DNA from: Guillardia theta CCMP2712
Lineage: Eukaryota; Protista; Cryptophyta
Assembly: GCF_000315625.1 (NCBI RefSeq)
Contig: NW_005434621.1
Coordinates: 330,246 to 394,245 of the forward strand
Reading direction: 5' to 3'
Length of the DNA: 64,000 nucleotides
Positions 23,818 to 34,875 of this stretch are shown one piece after another; the first letter of the stretch is position 1, and each line of letters begins with the position of its first letter. Under the pieces are notes generated by a model. That model was not told the DNA's origin and made no database searches. It worked only from the letters and a program-made list of their open reading frames with translations. The position numbers were made by a program, and so were the translations under genes.

Positions 23818-26800
23818 ATGCATGATTATGCTCCCTTCTCTATGTTCCTATCATTTGTTCGGTTTTCAAACAGTGTAAAAGCGCTGATGTTACTTTCTGT
23901 TCGAAGATGTTCTAGAAGATACATGGCTAACTTTATGGATGATCCAGCTAATGCACAACAAACGACGTTCTCCACGGTCATCTCCAGCTCCAGCAGCACT
24001 CCATTCTACAGCTCCAGCAGCACTCCATTCTACAGCTCCAGCAGCACTCCAATTATAGGCTCAACATACACCATAGAAGTCTCTAACTTCACAGAGTCAT
24101 CAAGTTCCAGCACACCAATCTTGGACATTACAACATTCGAGACAAATCCAAGCTCGACCCTCAATGTTCCAGAATCGAGTCCAACGTTTCTCGCTTCATC
24201 AAGCTCCAGCACGCCGGCAGCTCAAACGATCGAGGCAACTTCTACAATGCAAACAATAGGAGAAACCTCGACGCCGATCGAGTCGTCCAGCTCCAGCACG
24301 CCGGCAGCAGAGGAAGAGACGTCCTCTACCACGACGCCGGAGCCGACAGCACAAGAGCAGTCATCGAGCACAGCCGAGGCAGAGCAGGGGGTAGGAGAGA
24401 CCTCTACCACGACGCCGGAGCCGACAGCACAAGAGGAGTCATCGAGCACAGCCGAGGCAGAGCAGGGGGTAGGAGAGACCTCGACGCCGATCGAGTCGTC
24501 CAGCTCCAGCACGCCGGCAGCAGAGGAAGAGACGTCCTCTACCACGACGCCGGAGCCGACAGCACAAGAGCAATCATCGAGCACAGCCGAGGCAGAGCAG
24601 GGGGTAGGAGAGACCTCGACGCCGATCGAGTCGTCCAGCTCCAGCACGCCGGCAGCAGAGGAAGAGACGTCCTCTACCACGACGCCGGAGCCGACAGCAC
24701 AAGAGGAGTCATCGAGCACAGCCGAGGCAGAGCAGGGGGTAGGAGAGACCTCGACGCCGGAGCCGACAGCACAAGAGGAGTCATCGAGCACAGCCGAGGC
24801 AGAGCAGGGGGTAGGAGAGACCTCGACGCCGATCGAGTCGTCCAGCTCCAGCACGCCGGCAGCAGAGGAAGAGACGTCCTCTACCACGACGCCGGAGCCG
24901 ACAGCACAAGAGCAGTCATCGAGCACAGCCGAGGCAGAGCAGGGGGTAGGAGAGACCTCGACGCCGGAGCCGACAGCACAAGAGCAGTCATCGAGCACAG
25001 CCGAGGCAGAGCAGGGGGTAGGAGAAACCTCGACGCCGATCGAGTCGTCCAGCTCCAGCACGCCGGCAGCAGAGGAAGAGACGTCCTCTACCACGACGCC
25101 GGAGCCGACAGCACAAGAGCAGTCATCGAGCACAGCCGAGGCAGAGCAGGGGGTAGGAGAGACCTCGACGCCGGAGCCGACAGCACAAGAGCAATCATCG
25201 AGCACAGCCGAGGCAGAGCAGGGGGTAGGAGAGACCTCGACGCCGATCGAGTCGTCCAGCTCCAGCACGCCGGCAGCAGAGGAAGAGACGTCCTCTACCA
25301 CGACGCCGGAGCCGACAGCACAAGAGGAGTCATCGAGCACAGCCGAGGCAGAGCAGGGGGTAGGAGAAACCTCGACGCCGATCGAGTCGTCCAGCTCCAG
25401 CACGCCGGCAGCAGAGGAAGAGACGTCCTCTACCACGACGCCGGAGCCGACAGCACAAGAGCAATCATCAAGCACAGCCGAGGCAGAGCAGGGGGTAGGA
25501 GAGACCTCGACGCCGATCGAGTCGTCCAGCTCCAGCACGCCGGCAGCAGAGGAAGAGACGTCCTCTACCACGACGCCAGCCGCGAGTTCATCAGAAGAAG
25601 CTACGACCTCGACGACGCCGGCAGAGGCCACGACCTCTACGACGACGGCAGAGGCCACGACCTCTACCACGACGGCAGAGGCCCCCGCCTCTACGACGAC
25701 GGCAGAGGCCACGACCTCTACCACGACGGCAGAGGCCACGACCTCTACCACGACGACGGCAGAGGCCACGACCTCTACCACGACGCCGGCAGAGGCCCCC
25801 GCCTCTACGACGACGACGGCAGAGGCCACGACCTCTACGACGACGGCAGAGGCCACGACCTCTACCACGACGGCAGAGGCCACGACCTCTACGACGACGG
25901 CAGAGGCCACGACCTCTACGACGACGGCAGAGGCCACGACCTCTACGACGACGGCAGAGGCCACGACCTCTACCACGACGGCAGAGGCCACGACCTCTAC
26001 GACGACGGCAGAGGCCACGACCTCTACGACGCCGGCAGAGGCCCCGACCTCTACGACGACGACGGCAGAGGCCACGACCTCTACGACGCCGGCGGAGGTC
26101 ACGACCTCTTCCACGACGGCAGAGGCCACGACCTCTACGACGCCGGCAGAGGCCCCGACCTCTACGACGACGACGGCAGAGGCCACGACCTCTACGACGC
26201 CGGCAGAGGCCACGACCTCTACGACGACGGCAGAGGCCACGACCTCTACGACGACGGCAGTCATAGCTTCAACGACGACGACGGCAGAGGCCACGACCTC
26301 GTCGACCACGGCGCAGGTTGCGTTGTCAACGCCGATCGAAACGACCGAAACGCTCCCGGATAAAACAAGCGTATCAGTCTTTGTTCCAACTACCACACCT
26401 GCTTCGGTTTGCGGCAATGGCGTAAAGGAGTTGGACGAGCAGTGCGATGATGGGAACACACGACCTTATGACGGCTGCAGCTCTTTCTGCACGATTGAAA
26501 GACTGTGGACGTGCACTACATTGAGTGAGCTCTCAGTTTGTCGTCTCATCAACCCCCCTGCTTTCTCTGGAGTGCAGATCTTCGCCAATACCACCTACAC
26601 CAAGTCTACTTGCCTTTTCCGTGTCACTGTTTCGGCGAATTTCTATTTCAAGTCTGCAACGACTGTTACCATCGGAGGGCTTAAGTTGAGCACAAATCAG
26701 ACGACTGTTGATATTGTCAGCACCGACTTGTCTCCCAAGGCCTCATGGGATATTACATCAGGGTTCCTCACTGTCAACGTCACGAATCCTGACACAAATT

Positions 26801-28377
26801 TTTTGTTCTTCACTCTTGTTGGTTCCAGCCCCCTCGTTCCGCAAACCGCAGTCCAAGTTGAAGCCTCTTGTTTCCAGTGCATCGCAGATTTGCCCAACAC
26901 TTCTGTTCCCACATTTTCTGCACAATGGCCTCTCAGCTTCACAGACCTCCCAAAACCCTCATGCGTTCTTCCACGCTTTGGTCCAAACTGTGAGTTCACA
27001 TGCCAAGGGTTGGTTGTCGTGGACAAATGTGTGTGTTTGACAGGCCAGTTTGGTTTCACATGTAACCAAACAGCTGTCAAGCTAGCTGACAGCCCTCCTC
27101 CGAAACAAGTAGTCCCTGATGCTCCAGCAACCATCACGTCTAGCAGCGGAATTGGTGTTAGAATCCCTGCGGGAGCTCTCACGAGTGGAATCACGATCTC
27201 TGTGGATGTCTATGAAGTGAAGAACCTTGACGTCGGCGTCCAGAAGGACACCATCACTCCTGCTGGGCCAGTCGTTGTATTCGAGCCATCTGGCATAAGG
27301 TTTGAAAAGCCAGTGGAAATCTTCACTCCCTTTGACCCCACCAGGATTCCACCAGGCAAGTCCGCGTTCGTCTTCTACAACAATGAGTCAGCGTTCCCTC
27401 CCTGGCAAAGACAAGAAAGTGAAGTGGTTCCGGGAAAGAACCTCACAAGGGCTCTTGTGTATCACTTCTCAGGATACATGTCTATGGCTGCCGACCCGCC
27501 AGTAATCCCTTCCCTCTCCTCCAACGCCTCCGTCGTTGTCACGGTCTCCAGCACCCCAGCATCGTCAACAACAACCCCAAAGCCCTACGCGGCCCCTCTT
27601 GGGTTGATCCTCGGGTTGATTGGCGGCGGAGTTGGAGTGATGGTGACTATGAGTGCATCCCTGGTGGTATATCGATACTCCAAGAAAGCAAGGCAGGCTG
27701 AAGACATCGTGGAGGAGTTTTCTCCAGTCATGGCAGATACTGGCCTGGCCTCAGCTTCTCTTGTATTGCATGATAACCCTGAAGGTCTTCCTGACTCCAT
27801 GACTCGAGAATTGAACGGAGAACGAGGGCAGCAGCAGCAGCAGCAGGATGAGCAGCAGCAGCAGCAGCAGGATGAGCAGCAGCAGCAGCAGGATGAGGAG
27901 CACGAGCACGAGCACGAGCACGAGCAGCAGACACATCTTGATGAAGAAGCAGAAGAGCCGATTTTCCAGGAGATCGAACAAGAATCTACAGTCTCTCCGC
28001 GTTTGATCGAAGCACAGGGCAGCGTTCTCGGCAGGTTTTGGCCTGCTCAGATATCGTTGGAAGGAGGATCGGTCTCAGCTTCCATCGTCATGCAGGGCAG
28101 CGAGTTGCCGTCAGCGCAAAGCCCTTCCACGCCCTCGTACTACCAGAGAGAGACAGTGACAAGTGATGACGAGTCAGAGATCGCTGAGTTGAAGACGGAG
28201 GACTTCCCTTCCTTCCGCTTCCCCCGGCATCCTCCTGCTAGCGGCGCCGTCTTCGTGTCTAGCTTCCTCTACTCCTCCCAGGACCTCGCTCCCATCGACG
28301 CAGAGCCCGACGAGTTCCACGAGGCCTATCCGGCGTCACCGGGCACAAGCATGACTTCAAAGACTATCATCTTGTAA
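23818..28377 (+). CDS. Mucin-like type I membrane protein: S/T/E repeats + Cys-rich CGNG..CDDGN repeat + EGF-like + ZU5-like + TM
   Basis: 1519 aa ORF; CGNGVKELDEQCDDGNTRPYDGCSSFC, CVCLTGQFGFTC, VRIPAGAL...FEPSGIRFEKPV...HFSGY, TM GLILGLIGGGVGVMVTMSASLVVY. True start may lie in an upstream exon near 23637-23750. Confidence 0.8.
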   Translation: MHDYAPFSMFLSFVRFSNSVKALMLLSVRRCSRRYMANFMDDPANAQQTTFSTVISSSSSTPFYSSSSTPFYSSSSTPIIGSTYTIEVSNFTESSSSSTPILDITTFETNPSSTLNVPESSPTFLASSSSSTPAAQTIEATSTMQTIGETSTPIESSSSSTPAAEEETSSTTTPEPTAQEQSSSTAEAEQGVGETSTTTPEPTAQEESSSTAEAEQGVGETSTPIESSSSSTPAAEEETSSTTTPEPTAQEQSSSTAEAEQGVGETSTPIESSSSSTPAAEEETSSTTTPEPTAQEESSSTAEAEQGVGETSTPEPTAQEESSSTAEAEQGVGETSTPIESSSSSTPAAEEETSSTTTPEPTAQEQSSSTAEAEQGVGETSTPEPTAQEQSSSTAEAEQGVGETSTPIESSSSSTPAAEEETSSTTTPEPTAQEQSSSTAEAEQGVGETSTPEPTAQEQSSSTAEAEQGVGETSTPIESSSSSTPAAEEETSSTTTPEPTAQEESSSTAEAEQGVGETSTPIESSSSSTPAAEEETSSTTTPEPTAQEQSSSTAEAEQGVGETSTPIESSSSSTPAAEEETSSTTTPAASSSEEATTSTTPAEATTSTTTAEATTSTTTAEAPASTTTAEATTSTTTAEATTSTTTTAEATTSTTTPAEAPASTTTTAEATTSTTTAEATTSTTTAEATTSTTTAEATTSTTTAEATTSTTTAEATTSTTTAEATTSTTTAEATTSTTPAEAPTSTTTTAEATTSTTPAEVTTSSTTAEATTSTTPAEAPTSTTTTAEATTSTTPAEATTSTTTAEATTSTTTAVIASTTTTAEATTSSTTAQVALSTPIETTETLPDKTSVSVFVPTTTPASVCGNGVKELDEQCDDGNTRPYDGCSSFCTIERLWTCTTLSELSVCRLINPPAFSGVQIFANTTYTKSTCLFRVTVSANFYFKSATTVTIGGLKLSTNQTTVDIVSTDLSPKASWDITSGFLTVNVTNPDTNFLFFTLVGSSPLVPQTAVQVEASCFQCIADLPNTSVPTFSAQWPLSFTDLPKPSCVLPRFGPNCEFTCQGLVVVDKCVCLTGQFGFTCNQTAVKLADSPPPKQVVPDAPATITSSSGIGVRIPAGALTSGITISVDVYEVKNLDVGVQKDTITPAGPVVVFEPSGIRFEKPVEIFTPFDPTRIPPGKSAFVFYNNESAFPPWQRQESEVVPGKNLTRALVYHFSGYMSMAADPPVIPSLSSNASVVVTVSSTPASSTTTPKPYAAPLGLILGLIGGGVGVMVTMSASLVVYRYSKKARQAEDIVEEFSPVMADTGLASASLVLHDNPEGLPDSMTRELNGERGQQQQQQDEQQQQQQDEQQQQQDEEHEHEHEHEQQTHLDEEAEEPIFQEIEQESTVSPRLIEAQGSVLGRFWPAQISLEGGSVSASIVMQGSELPSAQSPSTPSYYQRETVTSDDESEIAELKTEDFPSFRFPRHPPASGAVFVSSFLYSSQDLAPIDAEPDEFHEAYPASPGTSMTSKTIIL
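24250..26310 (+). repeat. Coding tandem repeat array in two blocks (modular TPIESSSSSTPAAEEE / TPEPTAQE / STAEAEQGVGET, then ~27 bp AEATTSTTT units)
   Basis: Near-identical nucleotide repeats seen directly. Confidence 0.95.
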
Positions 28378-28695
28378 GGTGGATCCGCACATGTCATCCT
28401 CTTTCACATTTATTGTTTCCTGTGTAACCATAGCAGACTAAAGTAACTGAAATTATGAAAAATCTCCTTCGCTGCCTCCTCATCTTGTTTTCATCCTTTT
28501 TCTCCTCTTCCCACCAGCACCAGCATCACCAACACAAGTGTAATGCATTTGTAGCCTACACTGGTTTCTTTAATATTCAACATTCATTTCAAGCGTGAAA
28601 GTTCGACTATGCGATACCGACGCCTTCTCCTGACGGAGAATCCTTCCAGTCCCTGGTTCCTTATCAGTCTCCCTCCCCTCCTCAGCCATCGCGTG

Positions 28696-30724
28696 TCACC
28701 CGTCTCTCGAAGGGATCTTGTGACCCGGCGATCCTCTCTTGCCCTGGCACTTGCGGCCTACTTTGGTCATGCTATGCCCAGATGTGTCTGTTCTCGGAGA
28801 TCGCTCATCTCCGCTTGAGCTTTGAATTCCTGAGCTTTTCCTCCTGTTGCGTGTTGCATTGTCCTCATCGAAGTTGCTGCTTGAGGATGGGCGATACCTA
28901 AATGAACATTACCTTGGCGGAAACAAACTAATGAATCCTCTTACCAGAGATTTCGATACGCTTCCTCTACTCGGTCAAGGTTTCCACCTTCCTTTTGCAG
29001 ACTGTCTCGGTGCTTCTGTTGCCTTTCTTGCTGTTTCGGGTATCTGCCACTAGGTAAACAAGTAACATTATCAAGGAACTAAAATGAAAACCTAAACTTA
29101 ATTTCTTGCTCCTCGTAGGGTCTATGGCGCCGATAGTATATTTCATCATCGGTGATCTCCTCACTGCTCTCGTTCTGGCCTCCATCATTTGACGCACCGT
29201 TGCTGGGGCTCAGTTGCATTCTTGGTTTTGCATACTTGGAACCAACAGACATACTCCTGCTTCTCTGATAAACAACCTCCTTCCTCTGAGATATCACACG
29301 CCAATTTGGAATCTCAATCTCTTTGGCCTTCACTATCTCTATTTTTGTCTGTACTCTCGGGCCCCCATAGACGTAATCATCAATTCCTGACAGACAAGAC
29401 TCAACTTCAAGTCAAAATTTGTGGAAACATCGACTCACCCCAATCTCTGGTACTCGAAGAATCCCTTGGAGTGTTGGGCATTGATGAGGGTCCAAGCCTG
29501 GGTGATGAAGCAGCTGATCTCTGCCCCGTCAGCGCAGCAATTGACTTGTTCTTCTTCGTGCTGCAAGGAGTGTGTGGATCCCCATCTGAACGCGATGAAG
29601 CAAAATTTTTCCCATTCTTTCCATTGCTCGGTGCGGGTGATTTCGGAGACGTACTCTTGCCAGACAACTTGATTACCACCTGTCATTAACAAACAAACAA
29701 AAGCAGGAATTTCAGTATTGAAATCCATACAACCTGATGTTCAATACCTTCTGTCCTGTAGAGGTTACCAACTTCCGGGTGCCGTTCGTGTTTAGCGATA
29801 AATCTTTTCCATGCCCAGCAAATCTACCATTCGAATCTCTTTCTTGCAATTTGCTATTCCATGGAATCACTAACACAAAATGATTTGCAGTGAGCAAAGG
29901 AATTAACCTGTTGTCTGTGCGAAAACCATTCGCTCTGTGCACATGTTTGTGAGAACACATCACATTAGAAAGCAAAATAGTACCCTTTCGTGAATGACAT
30001 AGCAACTCCAGATCGATGCCGTTTTCGAGCTTCTTGTTCATGAGCTTCCCTTTGTAGTACACTCACTGGCATAGCGGCCTACAAATGGATATGATCAACT
30101 TGCCATCCTCAAGACATTCTTGACGTTCACCTGGACAAGCTTGCGCCTTCGCCCTCCTAGTGTTTGTTTCCAATCGACTGCACGAACACACCCCCACGAC
30201 GACTCCGCAAACCCAACGTCATTGTTTCTGATCTCACTCTCTTCATTGCTACTTGTCTTCTCATTTCCATGATCTGCACTATTCATCCCGTTTGGAAACC
30301 CAGCAGAAACTGCATGATGCCCTCTCTTTGAAGGTAGGTGTAATGTACACTGACATTTTTCGGCCCGTGCCTTGTTCAAAGCATTGAGCAGCAGATCTCG
30401 TTGTAGGGCAAGCAGCTCAATTTGAGACCGCATCCATTCCTGCCTCCATTTCAGAGCACGTACCTGGAAACATACCATCAACAAAATTAATGTGAGACTG
30501 ATAATCATTACTTGAATGAAAGCATTTCCCAAATCAACTTCTTCGGAAGAAGTTCGTTTTTTCCTCTTCTTTGACGTGGATTCATTAGTATCGTCCTGCT
30601 CATCTTTTCGTTCTGACGCGTCCGGGGTCTTGATTGCCTCGTCAGCCGAGACATCGGTCTCATTAGGGTCCACTGATTCCATGGGACATGATCCATCGTT
30701 AATTGCTTCTTTCGGGACAGCCAT
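28696..30724 (-). CDS. KANSL1/MSL1-like PEHE-domain protein (MOF acetyltransferase complex subunit-like), multi-exon
   Basis: KWRQEWMRSQIELL, GCVRAVDW...RRRKLV, and PEHE-like EIEIPNWRVI...ITDDEIYYRRHRPYEEQEIKF. End approximate. Confidence 0.65.
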
Positions 30725-33700
30725 TTGCAAAAGAACTTGACTATGTCAGGTTAAATCCAACACAAATTTCACACGTTTTCTTTTGTACTTCGCCTTGCGA
30801 TCAATGAGACAAGTTACACTTCTGTCAACTTGTTCTACAGCAGAAAGTCAAGAGAGGGTTTCTCAAATGAAATCACATGACAACAATCAAATATAGAGAG
30901 AATTTGGCATTCTAGTCTGTCATGGTTGATTTTCGATTGGGAGGGTTCAGTGTAAGAATCTGAGGGGTAGCATACAAATGGTTACAGCCAGGTATCTTAC
31001 ATTCAGGGCGATTGGCAGAACATCATGAGCGATAGGACTGGTCAAAGTGCACCATTCCGGGCCCTTTCGTAAAGTTGACACGGCAAAGGCAAAGGTGTGA
31101 TTGATCAATGGGCAGTGCTTATCATATCCTTCGGATATAGATTAGATCCATGATCGAGTGAAAAAGGATGCAGACTCAACCATATCAGCTCTCCATGCTG
31201 CACATTAATTCAACTGCTGAAAGTAGCCTCAACGCAACGAAGGGGTTCGCCGAGACGTCCTGTATACACCAAAGTCAGGCACAAGAACAGCTCACTGATA
31301 TCTATGCAATCCAAATACTTTCACTTTCATTTCATGCCACTCTCTATGATTCAATCGACCACATCACACGATGAGGATTAATTCAGCCTTACACAACATA
31401 CATCATTCGTGGTACTTCGTCTACCAAGGCATTACAGTTCAGTGTGGCAGTCATACATTCTATCATACTTAGCCATAGATCACTCTGTCATTCAAGGAGC
31501 ATCCAACTGAAACCATGCAACAGAGAAGTGAAAGAAGCAAGGTTTAATTACCCAACAGACATTCTAGAAGGCAAATGAGTTTTCTAGAAAGAAATTGAGT
31601 CTGACCAAGAGATCAAAGTGTAAACAACCAGTTGAAGGGTTAGCAAACAAGTTCGTTTAACAAGCTGGGCCTCCAAAATGAGGAAGAGGTGAAAAATGAG
31701 AGAGACACGGAAAAAGGAAGGAGGGACATTCAACTGCAGATGCAGCTATGAGGGTATCGAACGCCGGAGCAAAGAGCAACCTCAAGAGCAACAGGAAGAA
31801 GCAGGGAAGAGAAGAAGCAAGGGAGAACTGCTGATAGTGAGTGGGTATAGTTTGCAGAGCCAGCAGAGGAAGAGGAGAGCGCTGGAGCAGATGAGGAACA
31901 GCATGCTGGGGAGGGTTACAACGATGAGACCGAGGACTGCATAGAGAAGGGGAAGGGGCCCGGCGCGGTAATATGCACAAAGGGGGTAGGGTGGTGAGTA
32001 ATGGCAAAGAGTGTCTGTAAAGGAGGGGTCATTTTAGACATTGAAAGGGGTAGGGTCATTGTGCGGAAATGGGAGATTGTGGGGTGGTGATTAGCAAGGG
32101 GTACATCGGCCATGAGGATATTTTTCGCTGGGTAGGGTATTCTAAAATTGGGGTTGCTCATTACGGGGGTTATATGAAGTAGAGATGAAAGGGCAAAGAG
32201 ATGAAGTATGCCATAATATATTAGTATTTCACTAGATAAATAAGAGACCTTGGGCAAAAATTATCAGAAGAGACCTCCTTGATAAGAAAGAGGTGTATGG
32301 ATACACAGATACAGCCTTAGGGATGGGTGGTCCGAGTCATGCGCACAAGGGGTCTTGGGGTTGGTTGCTTGTCTAGAGGGGGTGGTGAGACCGGCGCGGA
32401 AGATGGAAATCTGGGAGTACAGTCCACTAAGGGTGGGGTACTATTTGGTAATCATCAGGGGTACTTTAGAAGTGTGAAGTAGATGGGTGGGTCCTTGGGC
32501 AGGGCGGTTCTTCCTGGTGGGTCCTGGGGCCATATGCCGCATACTAAATATGGTAGGTAGGGTAGGTATGAGGGAGGTTATGTATGGTGGGGTGGAATAT
32601 AAACATTCCAGGGCAGGGTAGGGTCGGTAAGGCGAGGAGTACTGAAATTGTAGGGAAAGAAGGGGTAGAGAAATAATGAGGTTACAGAGTACGGTAGGGT
32701 AGGCTGTGTACCTGGGTCTTGACCAAGCAACTTGAGAGAATTTGCGGGGTAGTCTTTCGATGATACGGGTGCTTCCAACTCTTGTGTATATCATAGGGTG
32801 GGTGGGTAGGAATCACTGCAGGGCAGGTAAGGGATGAGATTACCTCGGTGACTCGAGCTACCGGGGGTGGTATAAGAACATGGAGGGGTTGTGTCGAACC
32901 TCGTAACGATGGTGTGAAACTAGATTATCAAAGAGAAGATATTTGTAATTGAAGCAATAATAAAATGAGGTAAGGTATCAGGTTGCCCTTCATGCTCAGC
33001 ACAGAACAGGAGGTGCCGTTTCACCAGGGTAGGGTTAGACTGAGTTCCATACAGTTGGGTGGGGACAAGTGAATGATGTTCCGAGGGGTGGGTGTGGGAG
33101 AGCAGGGGTTGTGACTTCGGGGTGAATAAAGGAAGCTAAATGTAGGGGGTACCTGTAGCGATAGAGATCAAGGGGAATCAGCAGGGTAGGGGGGTCATAA
33201 GGTTGGGACGAGTTTGAACGGCGAGGTAGTAGTGAAGGAAAAGGTAGGGTAGGGTGCTGAACCGGTAGGGTCAGAGGTTGGGAAGGGTTTTCCCGGGGTA
33301 GTAGGGAGGGTGGTGGGGGTGGGTGGAATGTGAGGTGTCCTACTCGTTGAGCCCCGGACATGTTCTGGTGTCAACTTTTAAATTCGTTTCATTTTGATTT
33401 CAAAATACATCGACCGACTGATCAAATATAAATATATATACATATGTACAAAATGATGACTGGTACAGCTTTCAGTACCATAAATGGCTAATAAAAAGTA
33501 TGTAGAGCTGTATAAATTAGTTTTATTGGAAATTCAGTCGTCGAATTGCAAATTTTTGGAAAGTGTCCTAAAAATGGTTTGAAAATATTCATCAAATTTT
33601 GTTGATAAATTTCAAAACCGAAGGTGCCTTTTACAGGTCCCGGATAAAGTTCAACTCAATGATATTGCCTAGTGACCGTACTAGGCGGGTCGCCGCGGTC

Positions 33701-34012
33701 ACCGGGTACCGGGCCGGGCCGGGCCGCAACCGGGCCGCCGGGCGGCCTTGAGTGCACCGTACGGTCGGTTCGGGCTTGAAGCCGCCCGGCCGCTGACTCA
33801 GTCTGAGGCTTGAACCGTTGAACGGCAGCCTCCGTGTCAGGCTCGGCCGGGCCGGGCGGCCGCGCCGCGCTTACTAGTAAGGCTTGCGGCCTGTGCGGCC
33901 GCCCCGTTGACAGAGCCTCCCGGACTCCGAGGCTGCCTCTATTACAGAACCACGAGTCACTGAGTATGGCGGCGGCGGCACTCAGCCATCAGCCAGTGCG
34001 GCGCGCGCGGCG

Positions 34013-34820
34013 TCAAAGGAGTTGATGTCCCGACAAAGTGACGACGCAGTCGCTTCCTGCTCCCTCCACGCACACAGCCAGGTGCAAGGGGCCTCGAAGA
34101 CCCTTCACCTCGCCCCCCAGCCGCTCATGCGCTCTCCAGAACGACAGGACGTCTGAGCTGAAGTCCATACAGCACAAGATCTCGTCCCCCTCCTTCATGT
34201 CCGCCCCGACGAACCCGAGGATGGAGCCATCGCGCATCAGGCAGCCGTCAGAAGACAGCCACCACGAGTTGCCGTCTTCCTCCACCTCCAGTCCAGCTCT
34301 CCCTCTCGCCGAAGGACCAGGAGCCGCCGCCGGCCGCATACACCCCAAATGGAGGAGCCCCTTTCCCCGCAGGCGCTCTATCTTGACCTTGCAGACGTGC
34401 CTCCCCTCGGAGAAAGCCGTCGAGCACAAGGCCGTGTGTCTCTCCGTCGATCTCTTGGGCGGAGAGTCAAGTGGGGATGAGGAGAGGAGAGGACAGCAGG
34501 GAGAGTGTATCAGCGTCCGTCCTGAGTTGGCGACCTGATCGCAAGAGGACGGGAGTCAGAATGGGGAACAGGACAAGCATCGGCTCTTGGGAGTACCTGG
34601 AACGCACTGGAGGGGCGATCGAAAGTGAGGAACCTTTGTGATGCGTCCGACAGAGAGCGGGAAGCGGCTTGCATGGCGACGGAGCCATGGATGTAGTCGG
34701 AGAGAGTGGTATCTCGGAGCGAGGAGAGATGCCCCCCATTGCGCCCGACCCCCGTTAGCCTCCTCTCGTCCGCCAAGAGACAATGAACGAGCGCACGTTT
34801 GTGAACGCTGTACCTCTCCC

Positions 34821-34875
<55 letters not shown>

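Noticed and set aside
24250-25600. Possible CRISPR-like array
   Set aside because: No unique spacers; the repeats are in-frame coding modules and no cas genes are present.
24222-26459. 745 aa Val/Ser-rich minus-strand ORF
   Set aside because: Antisense shadow of the mucin repeat.
31950-33360. Interstitial telomere or centromeric satellite
   Set aside because: No tandem TTTAGGG/TTAGGG or other periodic unit.
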